Origin: Octopus vulgaris
Lineage: Eukaryota
Reading direction: 5' to 3'
DNA length: 64,000 bases
Assembly (NCBI GenBank): GCA_951406725.2
Contig: OX597826.1
Coordinates: 4,464,001 to 4,528,000 of the forward strand
In this document: piece after piece, positions 43,116 to 57,114 of the stretch
How the letters are laid out: every line of letters starts with the position of its first letter
How positions within the stretch are numbered: position 1 is the first letter of the stretch
Translations under genes and position numbers: made by a program
The notes under the pieces: generated by a model
The model's database searches: none
What the model was told of the DNA's origin: nothing
The model's input: only the letters and a program-made list of their open reading frames with translations

Positions 43116-44656
43116 CATGCTTGTGCCACCCCTTTACCACTTTCTTCGGGGCATACCTCTGTCCATATTAATTCCCAAATCATAATTTCTTTGAGCTGTT
43201 TTCTCTAACATCTTAATCTAAAAGCAATGCGGGATTTAGATCTCATATTACACACTCACTCCCCCGCCTCACCACTACTTCTCTCCCTCTGTCTGTCTGC
43301 CTCTCTCTCTCTCTCCCTCTCTCCTCTTATACAGGGAGAAAGCCAGATAAAACCATTGGTAATGTCTCTCTCAATCAAATCTCAAATCTCACTCTCTGTG
43401 TAGCCGTTACTCAATTCAACCAGCTTTTGTAAACCACCTCCTTATTCTGTATCTTAGTATCGTAAATACTCTCTGCCAAATATTGTATCTATCTATGAAT
43501 CCTATCTATCTGTCTGTCTGTTTGTCTATCTATTTATCTCGTTTATTTTACTCTATCACTAGTATTATATATATATATACATATACCTACACACAAACAC
43601 ACACTTCTAATTCGCTTTGTCCATTCAATTATATCTTTTCCTCTTGTGACACTTTCAATATTTATCTCAATCTGTTGATATATCCATATTTCTTGTTACC
43701 TTCAATTTCAGTTTCTTTCTTACCTTTTCAGCGTATGCAATGTGCAAGTGTGTGTCTATGCATTTATCAGTATTTGTGCATGTGTGCGTTGCTATATGTG
43801 CATAAGTATGTAACTCTTTGTTCATAAACATGTGTATATCTGTATATATTGTACAGTACGTAAATCAGAACTGCAAACTTATAACAATAATATATATTAC
43901 AGCCGGGTTTAGCTATGTAAATGCACTCATTAAAAGTGTATTTTCATCGATTAAAGACACACACATACGCATTAACGTTCTGAGTTTGTGTTAGCCCACG
44001 GGGCCTCAGCCGAGCTTGAGAGCCAACGAATGACCTTTTGAATAACTCCTCCGATGTGCAAGTTTCGTAGCCTAAGTGAACACAAACCACACACCACTGT
44101 GTGAAAAAAAGATAGATATCGTTTTGAAAAGTCCATTCCTTGAAGGATTTATACCAAAGGTCACCTTGATCGGTGTCTGGGCTGGTCTGGAGTTGAATAG
44201 GAATGGCGCTAAACATGAGAATCTGAAAAACTTTTCTACTGTGGCTGTTGTTCATTAATCGTTCGTTTTGCTCGGTTAGTATTCATCAAAAGAGGATGTA
44301 ACGCCTCTTTTAAGGTGTCATAGAAAATTCGGGGTGCGGTTTCCTCAAATGATAGTACGAAAAGCATTGTACCTATATCGCACTTAAGTGTTATATTATG
44401 TTTAGGAGGGCGTTGATGATTATAGAGGATCGGAGAGGAAATGATTGAGCAAATATGGCTGAGAACTACTGGTCTAGGTAAAACATAACCCACCACACAC
44501 ACGCACGTGTGTGTGTGTGTGTGGATCTTCGTCGGTTGTACGACGAGAATTCAGTTGTTCGATCAACTAAATTACTTGCATATTAAATTAGTTTGTAAGA
44601 GCATTCCGCAGGCAAGTCGTAATTAGTTTATGTGGTTATTACTAATGCAATTTCCT

Positions 44657-45270
44657 AAGGCGGCGAGCTAGCGGAATCGTAAGCACACCAGGCAAAATGT
44701 TTGCGGTATATAATCCGTCTAAGGGCGGCGAGCTGGTAGAAACGTTAACACGCCGGGCGAAATGCGTAGCCGTATTTCGTCTGCCGTTACGTTCTGATTT
44801 CAAATTCCGCGGAGGTCGACTTTGCCTTTCATCCTTTCGGGGTCGATAAATTAAGTACCAGTTACGCACTTGGGTCGATGTAATCGACTTAATCCTTTTG
44901 TCTGTCCTTGTTTGTCCCCTCTGTGTTTAGCCCCTTGTGGGTAGTAAAGAAATAGGTATTTCATCCGTCTTTAAGTTCTGAGTTGAAATTTCACCGAGTT
45001 TGAGTTTGTTTTCTTTCTTTCGGGATCGATAAAAGAAGTACCAGTTGTGTAGTGGGGTCGATGCAATCGACCTACGGCTCCCCCGAAATTGTTGGTGTCG
45101 TACCAAAGTTTGAAAATATTATCTCTTAAGAGATGCTTGGTAGCATTTCTTGCGTTATTAACTTCTGAGTTCATATCCCGCCGATGTCGACTTTACCTTT
45201 CATCATTTCGCGGCCGACAAAGTAAGAATCACTTGAGCACCGCGGTCAATGTAATCGAATAAATCCCTGC
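44657..45270 (+). mobile_element. Nested/tandem SINE family B cluster
   Basis: Heads at 44657 and 44721, continuation at 44955, and a further degenerate copy ~45130-45270. Confidence 0.85.
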
Positions 45271-46168
45271 CGTTGGTGCAAGGACAACGAAGTTCAAACC
45301 AGTAACTCTCCTAATCTCAGGGAATGTCCTAAGGGAATCTATTTTTTAAGAGCTGTTTTAATTGGGCCCTCACTGCCCCGACCACTCATTTCACTGCATT
45401 TTAAACTAAATACATGGCATTGGCGACCAAATCGGAGCAGTGACAATGAATTTCATACCATAAATTTCCAGGGAGTTACGTAAGAAGGTTCAATTTCTGA
45501 ACGGCTGCTTAAATAGTGCCCCACTGACCCCCCTATTATCGCTCCCACACTTATTGTTTAAACTATGATCAGCATCAGTAGCTAGCACATTTGTAGAACT
45601 AAGTTTCATTACACAAGAGTAGAATGCCGCGAAGCAACCCTATAGTAGGGCCGAAGGCCACAATCGTGCCCTCAGCAGGAGCTTGCACCAATGCCGACCG
45701 AAGGACGGCTTCAAAGCTAGTTAATGTAATTCCCTCCGTCTCTTTATATTCTGAGTTCAAATCTCGCCTAGGCCGACTTTGCCTTCCCGCCATTTGAGCC
45801 CCGGGCACTATGTACTCGATTGACTATTCAATGTCCCCACCTCAAAAAAGTTGAGCCAAAATTTGCAGCCATTATTAAGGCAACTCTCTCGCAGATTCCG
45901 CAAGACAGTAGGGATGTTGTAACACGGACATACGTTTGAATTACTGGTATAATCCATCTGACAGTCTTTTATAGAGTTTCAATCTACCCAATTTTCACTT
46001 CAGTGGTATAGGTCGACATGTGCACAAGATGTCACGCAGAAAGATCGAGCGCAAGACCTTGTGGTTCCGGATCCGACTTCGTAACCATCCGGCCACATTG
46101 CACCTGCACACATACATACACAGAAAAACACCGCGTATACAAAGATGCAGTATGGTCGATTAATGAAG

Positions 46169-46211
<43 letters not shown>

Positions 46212-46240
46212 GTAGAGTGCAAATTTATAATCCTTCCTGC

Positions 46241-46343
46241 AAGAATGTTGTTGACAGTGACTCTGAAGTTCCGGCCAGCTAAACCATCGTCCAACGATAG
46301 GTTGGCTGGTTGAAACATCGAAGTCACTGTCAACAATATTCTT
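46241..46343 (+). other. 103-nt imperfect hairpin (MITE-like or pre-miRNA-like)
   Basis: Arms AAGAATGTTGTTGACAGTGACT... / ...AGTCACTGTCAACAATATTCTT, about 50 nt each, with a CCA loop. Confidence 0.8.
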
Positions 46344-46361
46344 ATATTAGAATAATATATA

Positions 46362-46611
46362 TTCTTTTACAAGTTTCAGTCATTTGACTACGACCATGCT
46401 GGAGCACCGCCTTAATGGGTTTTAGTCGAAGAAATCTATCCCAGGAATTTTTTCTGTGAGCCTGGTACTTAATTTATCATTTTTTTTTTTTTACTTATAT
46501 GTTGGTGTACTTATATACCCGCTAAGTTACGGGTATATAAGTGCACCAACATCGGCTGTCAACTGATGTGGGGAGTCAAACACAGATACAAGGGCAAGCA
46601 CATAAATATAT

Positions 46612-46659
<48 letters not shown>

Positions 46660-46823
46660 CTAAATATGTACGACGAGCGTCTTTTAGTTTCCGTCTATCA
46701 AATTCACTTACAAGGCCTTGGTCGGCCCGAGGCTATAGTAGAAGACACTTGCCCAAAGCGCCGCGCATTGGGACTGAAACCGGAACGATGGTATTAAGAA
46801 GCAAACTTCTTACCTCACAGCCT
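46362..46823 (-). mobile_element. SINE family A, full length, containing a novel 23-bp inverted repeat
   Basis: Reverse complement of 12558-12983 except for the segment at ~46491-46520. Confidence 0.9.
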
Positions 46824-46867
46824 GAATAGAGTACAGTAAACTATGTGTGTGTGTGTGTATATATATA

Positions 46868-46907
<40 letters not shown>

Positions 46908-46980
46908 CTGGAGTAAGTATATATATGTATTTATATATGTATGTAATGTATGTATGTATGTATGTATGTATGTATGCATG

Positions 46981-47049
<69 letters not shown>

Positions 47050-47765
47050 GAACCCTGCTGTCATGTAGGTGGCGTTTCAATGGAAAAGTCCTCGCTGATA
47101 TAAAACCTGCCGTTGAAATTAGTTTCCGGTCATCTTAACTCGTGCTTGTAATTGGATAGTTAACTATGGTTACTTAGAGTGTGTCATACGTGTCGTACAA
47201 GCCTATGTCACTCTAATCCAGGGATATACAGACACCTCATTAATGACACGGCAATCATCTGACATGATGAAACAATTATCATGCATGCGTGTATGTATAT
47301 GTGTGTGTTTGCATGTATATATATATATGTATATTTATATATTAATGCGTGTTGTGAGAGTGAGTAATTATGCGTTTAATAAGCGGACTACTCCTATAAT
47401 TTTTGTGTCACATATTTCGCCAATTAAAAGCAACGACGATAATTATTTTCTCAATTAGGCGCTAAGCCAAATATATATTTTGAGGAAAAAGAGATAGTCG
47501 ATTAAATCGACCCCCTTTGCTTGCAGGGAAACTTTAATTTATCTCACCCCGTAGTGTAAGATATTATGGATTACACATCACGTTGCATCAAAAAATATAC
47601 CACGCGCATATGTATATATATTTGTGTGTGTGTGTATTTATAAATGTGTATACATGTATTTATATATGAGTATGTATTTATATATATATATATACACACA
47701 CATATATTAACGTAAATATAAATAAATGAACGTGTGTCCATTTCTAAGTTGACATGCAGAGATGG

Positions 47766-47822
<57 letters not shown>

Positions 47823-48031
47823 CACACACACTCGCGCGCGCACAACATCTTGGCACAATATTTGTCCTTAAATATCATGTCTAGACATCCATTAAAAATA
47901 GATCATTTCTTATAATGTTCTTATGTTTGTCTGGCTATCTATTGGTCTCTTCTTACTTCGCCACTTTCCCCATCGCCCATTATCTTTCGCATTCCTATGC
48001 TTATAGGTATCTATATTTCCTTCACACACAA

Positions 48032-48067
<36 letters not shown>

Positions 48068-48274
48068 TGTGTGTATGTGTGTGTGTAAGTTAATCCTTCT
48101 TTCTATCAGTATTATTATCTATGTATTTTTGTATCTAACCTAGTAGCTAGGTACTTATCTAATCTATATATTGTTTATCATTTTATGCGCACACACATAC
48201 ACATTATATATAAATATATATGTATATATAATATAAATAATATATAAATATATGCATATATACATACATATATG

Positions 48275-48600
48275 TACATACCTACATATATATGTATATA
48301 TACATGAAAATATGGGTACAGAGCATCAAATACATAACGTTGAACACTATGAGAAACGAAAACATAAAAGCAAAAACATAGAAAACGAGCTATTTCATCA
48401 GTTCATCAGTTGTCCCTGTTTCATCTACTCTACGTTACGAAGGCAAGGACAATACGCAACTTCGTTGAAATAGTCCTTCCCGCAAAGCAAATTAAATAGA
48501 ATTTGGGATTTTTGGCGGAGGGTGAAAGTGGTAACAAGAACAGGTCTGTGAGAACAAGACAGTAAAAACAAACGGTGAGGGCTGTTAAGCCAAAACGATA
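48275..48600 (-). mobile_element. Solo terminal-repeat copy of the family at 35581-35780 (probably Penelope pLTR)
   Basis: Shared TATGGGTACAG..., GAACAC.ATGAGAAACGAAAACATAA and CAGTTGT.CCTGTTTC.TCTACTC; TA-rich flanks. Confidence 0.65.
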
Positions 48601-48650
<50 letters not shown>

Positions 48651-49532
48651 TGGTTGATTTTGTGGCACTGCCAATGAGTATAAAGCCAGTTATTATCTTG
48701 TGCTCTTCTCTTGGTTACCTGCTGATAACATCATTGTATAATATTATATGTATATAGAAACACGAACGCGTGTCCAGTCATTGTATGTGTGTATGAATGA
48801 TTGCTTTATATATGTCTTTTGCACTTTCGGTCGACCTAGCTCTCTATCGATCTTTCTGTTTATCTTTCCAGCTTGTAACTTATAAGAAAAAGCCTCTTGC
48901 CTTTTCTTCTTTTCTTTCTTACCTTTATATTCGACTGCATTTCTCTATACATTTGCATCAGAGATACAAAATATTCCTTCGTTGTTTATTTTTTCAACCA
49001 TTATCTTTTTTCCAACCACAACACTCGCCAATTCTAATTTTCGATCTCGTTCCATATATCCCTCACATTCTTACTTGTTGCCACATTCGCTCAAAGTATT
49101 CCTCTTTCGCACACTTCCCTTACCGTCCCACTCTTACCCTACCTTCCCTATCTTATTCATTTTCCCCCTCCCCTACCTATGTTTATCTCCTATTCCTCTC
49201 ACTCTCCTCCCTATTGCTCCCTCTCATGTTATATATATATAGCTCTCCGGCGTCTCCGTTTCTCCCTACATCTCTTTCTATTAACGTCTCATTCAATCAT
49301 GATACTATTTGTGACGCTTTATTCTCTGCGATTTAGCATTCATTCCATACATGTCTTTTCATTACTTTCGTCCTTCATTATTGTTCCACTTTTCTCTTGC
49401 AATCATTTATCTCATTTATGCATTCATCACTTTCCCCTTCCCATTATCTCCTTTACCATTGTCTTCCGCTCCTGTCTTCACAAACTCTGGCTTTCTCTCA
49501 TTCTTCAATATATGTACGCATACATGTGGATG

Positions 49533-49581
<49 letters not shown>

Positions 49582-49886
49582 GTATGTATGTATATATGTA
49601 TATATATTTGAATTAGGCCGCATTTATTGGACATCAATCCTGTATCCTCATTTCCATAAGGTCCGTTTGTCAAAGCGAAGAGTGTACACATTTGTGAAAG
49701 GGCAGTAATAGATATATATGGACTTTCCAAGATCACCTATGTGTGCGTATATATGTATGCATTTATGTATGTATGTATTTGTTGTTAATGATCTGAGTAA
49801 ATCTTTATTTTGCTGACTCATATACACCGGTTGAAACCTGGCTAATATTGCGTGAGCGCATTTTCTGCAGGGATTACTGGCATATA

Positions 49887-49932
<46 letters not shown>

Positions 49933-50229
49933 TCATGCATACATACGTATATAGCAGAACATAGACATAACGGTTGACAAAAGCTCTATAGTAATATTCT
50001 TTGCTTCTGTTAATGCAATTTCAATAGCCCTGTTGCACAACAAGCATATGCATGTGTACATGCAATTTCACCAGCGATTGTACTTCTGTACACACACAAA
50101 CACACACGAGTGCTCATACATACGCGCACACTCGCATATATACACACATATACATCTATGAATATATATGTATATATATGTGTGTGTGTATGCGTGTATA
50201 TATGTATATATATAAAATATAAAAAAATA

Positions 50230-50325
<96 letters not shown>

Positions 50326-50356
50326 TGTATACAGATATGTCCTGGCATACGTCGAC

Positions 50357-50405
<49 letters not shown>

Positions 50406-50645
50406 AATATATATACAGTATTTGACGCCAATATTCTGAGAAGTCCATTCATAACACTCTTTTCTGCTGACTCATATTCAACAGATGCATTCTGGGTAAC
50501 AGTGTGAGAGTCGTTTTTGCAGGGACAATTAACACAATACCGTTAAATTAACAGAAATATAAATATATGAATAATTAAAAATAAATATTAATAATAATAA
50601 CGTAAAAATATCCATATATGGATTTTTCCAGTCCTTTGGGGTGCT

Positions 50646-50697
<52 letters not shown>

Positions 50698-50795
50698 TTA
50701 TATTATTTAGTATTATGTTATATTTCTCTTATAAGTTTAGCTTTTGTATTTTGTCCATTGTAGTTGCTTCTGTTGTATTAGTCTTACTGACCTTG

Positions 50796-50854
<59 letters not shown>

Positions 50855-51197
50855 CATTAATTTAGTAAAAATATTTTTATTTGGTTAACGTTGTTGGCTT
50901 AGATAGCAACGTAACAATACCTTGCTATATGGTGAAACTATGAATATTTGTATAGAGCTGGAAAGAATAAGCACTTTGAATAGCAACGGTAACTACTACC
51001 GCCACCACCGCAATTGCTACTACGACTACTACTACTACTACAACCTTAAGAGAAGTAAATTGTAAGTGATATAGAGTTACATAGAAACGCCTTTCTGTCT
51101 TTTCAGATAAATATCAAATCGTGGAATACAAATATCTTTGAGACAACATGCTCATAGCAACTTTTTACAGGAGTCTGTCCACAATAATGCCGTTTAC

Positions 51198-51237
<40 letters not shown>

Positions 51238-51983
51238 GACAGTGGAGCGTAGAAATGCCTCGTTGAAGAACGTCAACGAGTATTAAATAATATTCTAATG
51301 ATCTCAGTAACGATGATGTTGCCAGATCTAATGTAACTGAAGCAGTCGTTTTCAGTTACCAAACGTGTTGTAGTATCTTCAACAATCTAGGCGGCTAACC
51401 TGTTATTAAAGCTTTTAAAAACAATCATTTTGAATTTATCATTTTATTGTGATGTCCGCAATAATCTTGGTAACAAATTTGATATCAAACTTAATAATCG
51501 TCTGCCTGCATTGCCAAACCAAATGTATCGTGATGTCTGCAACTACCTAGGTGGCAACATTTGTTATCGCATGTACTAGAAATAATAATTCTATGTTTTG
51601 AGAGCATATATCGCCGGTGTCATCTTTGTCTTTCATTCTATCAGTTACCATTTATCTGATGAGGCTCCACTTCAATCAATTAAATTCCTCTACAACAAAG
51701 TTTTCGCTTTGCGACAGAAGGACAAAAATGGAATCTTGTTGCTACTGCTGCCGTTGTTGATCGGGTTATTTTTACTGATGGTAACGGTGGTGGTATCATC
51801 CTTTCAGATCTTCTTTCACTAAAATGATAAAAAAGAATACAAAAAAAAACTTAGTGGCATTTGCTTTCTCTATTCCCAAATATACCCTTCTCTGTTCATT
51901 AATTTACTTCGTATTTCCTTTTCTCTCTCTCTCTCTCTCTCTCTCCTTTTTTTCTCCTCTGCTCTTTCTCTTCTGTCTCAACT

Positions 51984-52057
<74 letters not shown>

Positions 52058-52209
52058 CAATTCATGTGTGTGTATCATATTTAGTCTAGTTCTTTTTTTT
52101 TCCAACCCTCTCAATCATTCGTATCCCTATCGTCTTAATTCAAGTTAGCACTTTCTCACATTTCTCTACAAATGCTTCTTGCTGTCTGTATGTATTTCGG
52201 GCTGACTGC

Positions 52210-52552
<343 letters not shown>

Positions 52553-53401
52553 CCTCTCTCTCCCTCTCTTTCTCTCTCTCTCTCTCTCTCTCTGTCTGTC
52601 TATTTGTCTGTCTAAATGTATATATGTTCATGCTTAGATAGATAGGCACATATATTTACTCATATACGCCAAATCACACACACATACACACACACATACA
52701 CACACACATATGCAGTGACTTGTGTGTGCGTCTGTAGAAGTTATGTGTGTTTGAAACAGTAAAAAAAGAACTACCACAGCACCACAGCAGCTTTAAGAAT
52801 TACTTATAATAAACTACGACATCCCATTCTCCCATCCTCATTGCGATCCACTTCGCCATCTTTTCTAACATCGTCATCTTCAGCATTGCTACCAAATGCT
52901 AGCAAACAAAAGCAGACGACAACGTTGACAGCTACGTCAAAGTCGGTGACGACACCACATACTAGATTGAACTACAATAATAGCTATACACTCACCAACA
53001 CCGACAACAACAACAGCAATAATACGAAGAAAGACGAGTGATTGTTTTTACTTAAAAGCTGAATGAAACTTAACTCTGCCTCCCGGTTCAGATCGTTGAA
53101 GAGGTGTGGAAGCGTAAACTTGCAGAGTCTTTTTCCATCAACACGAAGACTCAAGTAAGATCTAACGAAAACATTTCCTTATCAACAAAACCTGCCAGCA
53201 TCAATCCTCCAACTTCCCTTCCGACTCCCTTAGAACTAATGAACTCTATTTGCTTATATTAAATTCTAACTTTTTAGCCACATTCTTTCCGCTCTTTCTC
53301 TCTCTTTCCTTCTCTATCTCACTCCCTCCTATTTTCCGCCCTAAATACATACGATACATACATTACACACTACAAACATTTACTGTGTGCACAATATATA
53401 T

Positions 53402-53474
<73 letters not shown>

Positions 53475-54081
53475 GGTACACTCAAGTTATAAACACGCTT
53501 GATGACCTTGCTAACAGCTTTCTGACTAGTATCAAAAAGTCCACTCCTTAAACACAGAAACAGGTTTACTCTATGCGTGTTATGTATGCGTGATTGTAGA
53601 GACATCTGTACGTGTGTAAATATACATATATGTGCGTGTAGGTGTATCTTTGCGTGCTGAGATACATTACGCAATATATATATATATATATATTAAGCTC
53701 GATACTTAGTATGTTCTTTGATTAATTTTACTTAATATATATATATATATATTATATATATATATATATATATATGTTATATATATATATATGTTATATA
53801 TTTATATATATATATGTATTATATATATGTATTATATGTATATATTTTATATATATTATAGTGATAAATGTATCAGCATGCCTATACGAGTACGCATGTG
53901 TCAGTCTATGTGTGCGTGTGCATGGGTGTGTGCGTATACATTACATAGAATATGTAAATATACACGCACATGCACAAGCACACACACCTCAACACACTCA
54001 CACAAACACACACGCACACACATACATTCATAAAATGTACATACATATCGGCGTGTGTGTGTATATATATATATATGTATG

Positions 54082-54157
<76 letters not shown>

Positions 54158-54491
54158 TGTCAGTATGTATGCGTCGCCGTGTTTGGGACTGAGTGTATGG
54201 CCGCGCGTATGAATGTATGTTTGTGTAAAACTAGAGTGTTATACTAAGTTGAAGTTCCAGTACCCGTTGGTGTATTTGTCTGGAGGTAGTACTTCGAAAC
54301 CAATCTTCAGATCTTAGTCCCCGATAATTGATAAATTCCTCAAGTGACTAAAAGCTATTATAGCAAGGAACTAGTCCTTTTTTTTTTTTCCTGTATTGTA
54401 ACTTAGTCTAACATACGTAAAGTTGAAAACACCAGATGGGGAATGGACTGAAATGACAACATGTAAAAACATAAAGAATAAAAGAATGATA

Positions 54492-54566
<75 letters not shown>

Positions 54567-54606
54567 TTATCTATCTTTCTATCTAGCTATCAAGCTGTAT
54601 ATAAGC

Positions 54607-54653
<47 letters not shown>

Positions 54654-54711
54654 ACCCAGCATGGCCACAGCTTGTGAGCTGAAACTAGATAAAGATAACG
54701 AAAGATATATA

Positions 54712-55818
54712 CAGGCATACCTCGGGTTACGTTGTTCTCGATTATACGTCGGTTTTCAAAAATCCTTGAAGAAATAGACAGTCTTCTTTCTCTTTGGATT
54801 GTTAGTTTGAATCGTCGGTGTGCTTCTATCAGTCAAGAAATCATTCAAGAGAAAGTGTTGTCTTTGTTTGAAGACCTCAAGAAAAAAATATCCAGATAAG
54901 AAAGATGTAGAGTTCTAGGCAAGTCAAGGATAGCTCATGAGATTTAAGGAGCGAAGAAGATATCACTCCATTAAGAAGCAAGGTGAAAGTGCATCAGCTG
55001 ATGAACAAGCAGCAGCGGAATTTCCTAATGCATTAAAGAAAATCATCGAAGAAAACGGGTTTCTTCCCGAACAGATTTTTAATCTAGACGAAACTGGATT
55101 GTATTGGAAAAGTTTTGCCACACCGTTCATTCATTTTCGAGGAGGAGAAAACTATTCCAGGCTACAATGTTTCAAAAGAACGTGCATCCACTATGTTAGG
55201 AGGTAATTGTGCAGGAGATTTTAAGTTAAAGCCATTGCTTGTGTATCATGCACACAACCCCCGTGCCTTGAAGAACATACCCAAGACATCTCACCCTTTT
55301 AGATGGATGAGTGTGTGTTACTGTTCTTGATTTTGAAGATTCATCCTAGCAGCAGAGAAGTACTCTAAGGAGAAGGGGATTTCTTTTAAGGTTTTACTTA
55401 GCTTAGATAATGCTCCTGGCCACCCGCAATACATCGTAGATTTTGACCCCAACGTTATCGTCGTATACCCCGCTCCGAACACCATGCCTCTTCTGCAGCC
55501 AATTGATCAGTGTATAATAGCTATCTTCAAGCGTTACTATATGAAGCGTACGCTGCGGCGAGCAATAACTGCAACTGATTTTCATGAGTCCATCACACTT
55601 CGTGACTTTCGAAAGAGATACGATATCTACAAGGCTGTACAGAGCACGACTATGAATGGTGTATGGAAGAACGTATGCCCGCAATTCATGAATGATTTTA
55701 AGGGATTTGATAATGATGCCATCAACAAAACGTGGGTGACTACGAGCAAATGTATTTGGAGGAGGAGAATTCAGATTTATTTGAAAGATGCAAGCAGCCC
55801 CTGACGAACGAGGAGTTG
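54712..55818 (+). pseudogene. Tigger/pogo transposase pseudogene with left TIR, 3'-truncated
   Basis: TA followed by CAGGCATACCTCG at 54712. Frameshifted segments GESASAD..EQIFNLDETGLYWK, SKER..MLGGNCAGDFKLKPLLVYH..NPRALKN, LDNAPGHP and LLQPIDQ..IAIFKRYY match the pogo DDD domain. Confidence 0.92.
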
Positions 55819-55923
55819 ATAGATAGATAGATAGATAGATAGATATATATAGAGAGAGAGAGAGAGATAGACACGTATACGCTCGCACAGGGATGTATGG
55901 ATAAATGGATGCGAGACTGTGTG

Positions 55924-55958
<35 letters not shown>

Positions 55959-56889
55959 TTGTGTGTGTGTCGGTATCTATAGGCGGATGAATGTACACAA
56001 ACACACACACACATAAGCATACAGACACGTACACCGACAAACACATATGTAAGGATACATATATATGTGTGTGTGTGTGTTTGCGCGAATATGTATGTGT
56101 CTATGTGTCAATATTGTGTTTTTGTGTGCATTCATGCATATACGAATGATGTGCAGGGGGTGTTATGCATACGATAAATTAAAATAACAAGCTTGATCTA
56201 AATCATCCATATGATATCGTGATATTTGTTGTTATTACTGTTATCAAGTTTTTAATAGATATAACCGACGCTACTTCTCTATCATAAATCGATTTCTTTC
56301 CCCTCTGTCTTAGCCGCCATTTTAAAACTGTTTTGCATTTTAGGAATTTTTACCCTATTTTCGTTCGTCCTGTCTTTTAGTCTTTCTATAATTCTTGTTT
56401 TCTATATTTCTGTATCTGTCTTGTTTTATGTTTCCAAAGTCGATGTCGATGTTCATTTAATGTTTTCGTTTCCTCGTTGTCGTCCTCACACTCTATCTTG
56501 TCCTTATCATCCTCAACACCGTCCTTAAACCTTCTTCTTTTTCTTAGCAATGAATATTTAGATGACAGAAGGAATTTTCCCACCAAGTCAGCGCACTTCT
56601 AACCCTAGGCCTATGACCATGCTGGAGTTTTGAAGGGAAAAAAATCAAATACGATTTGACAAGCTTTGAAAACCTTCTCATTAGAATCCCCATAATCAAG
56701 CTATTATAAAGCACATTCATATTCAGAGGAGATTTACAGAAGATAGATTACAAGACTGATTTTCGTATGGCATTGCCATCAAATTATGATGCCTTTCTCA
56801 TACGGATTTGTGATTATGTTGATTTAATCGTAGCTGTTTTCTCTTGTTCATTGTTGTTATTGTTACTTGGATATTAACGTACACGTGTT

Positions 56890-57107
56890 AAGGCGGCGAG
56901 CCGGCAGAAACGTTGGCACGCCGGCCGAAATGCGTAGCCGTATTTCGTCTGCCGTTACGTTCTGAGTTCAAATTCCGCCGAGGCCGACTTTGCCTTTCAT
57001 CCTTTTGGTGTCGATGAATTAAGTACCAGTTACGCACTGGGGTCGATGTAATCGACTTAATCCGTTTGTCTGTACTTGTTTGTCCTCTCTGTGTTTAGCC
57101 CCTTGTG
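56890..57107 (+). mobile_element. SINE family B, well-preserved copy
   Basis: AAGGCGGCGAGCCGGCAGAAACG...GTGTTTAGCCCCTTGTG; nearly identical to 44721-44938. Confidence 0.9.
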
Positions 57108-57114
57108 ACGTATG

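Noticed and set aside
41623-43208. Thr-rich mucin-like ORFs
   Set aside because: They coincide with degenerate ACT/ACC repeats, have stops between frames, are interrupted by a repeat fragment, and lack splice or signal-peptide support.
48797-49510. 179-aa and 145-aa hydrophobic ORFs
   Set aside because: They arise from a pyrimidine-rich low-complexity tract that is naturally poor in stop codons.
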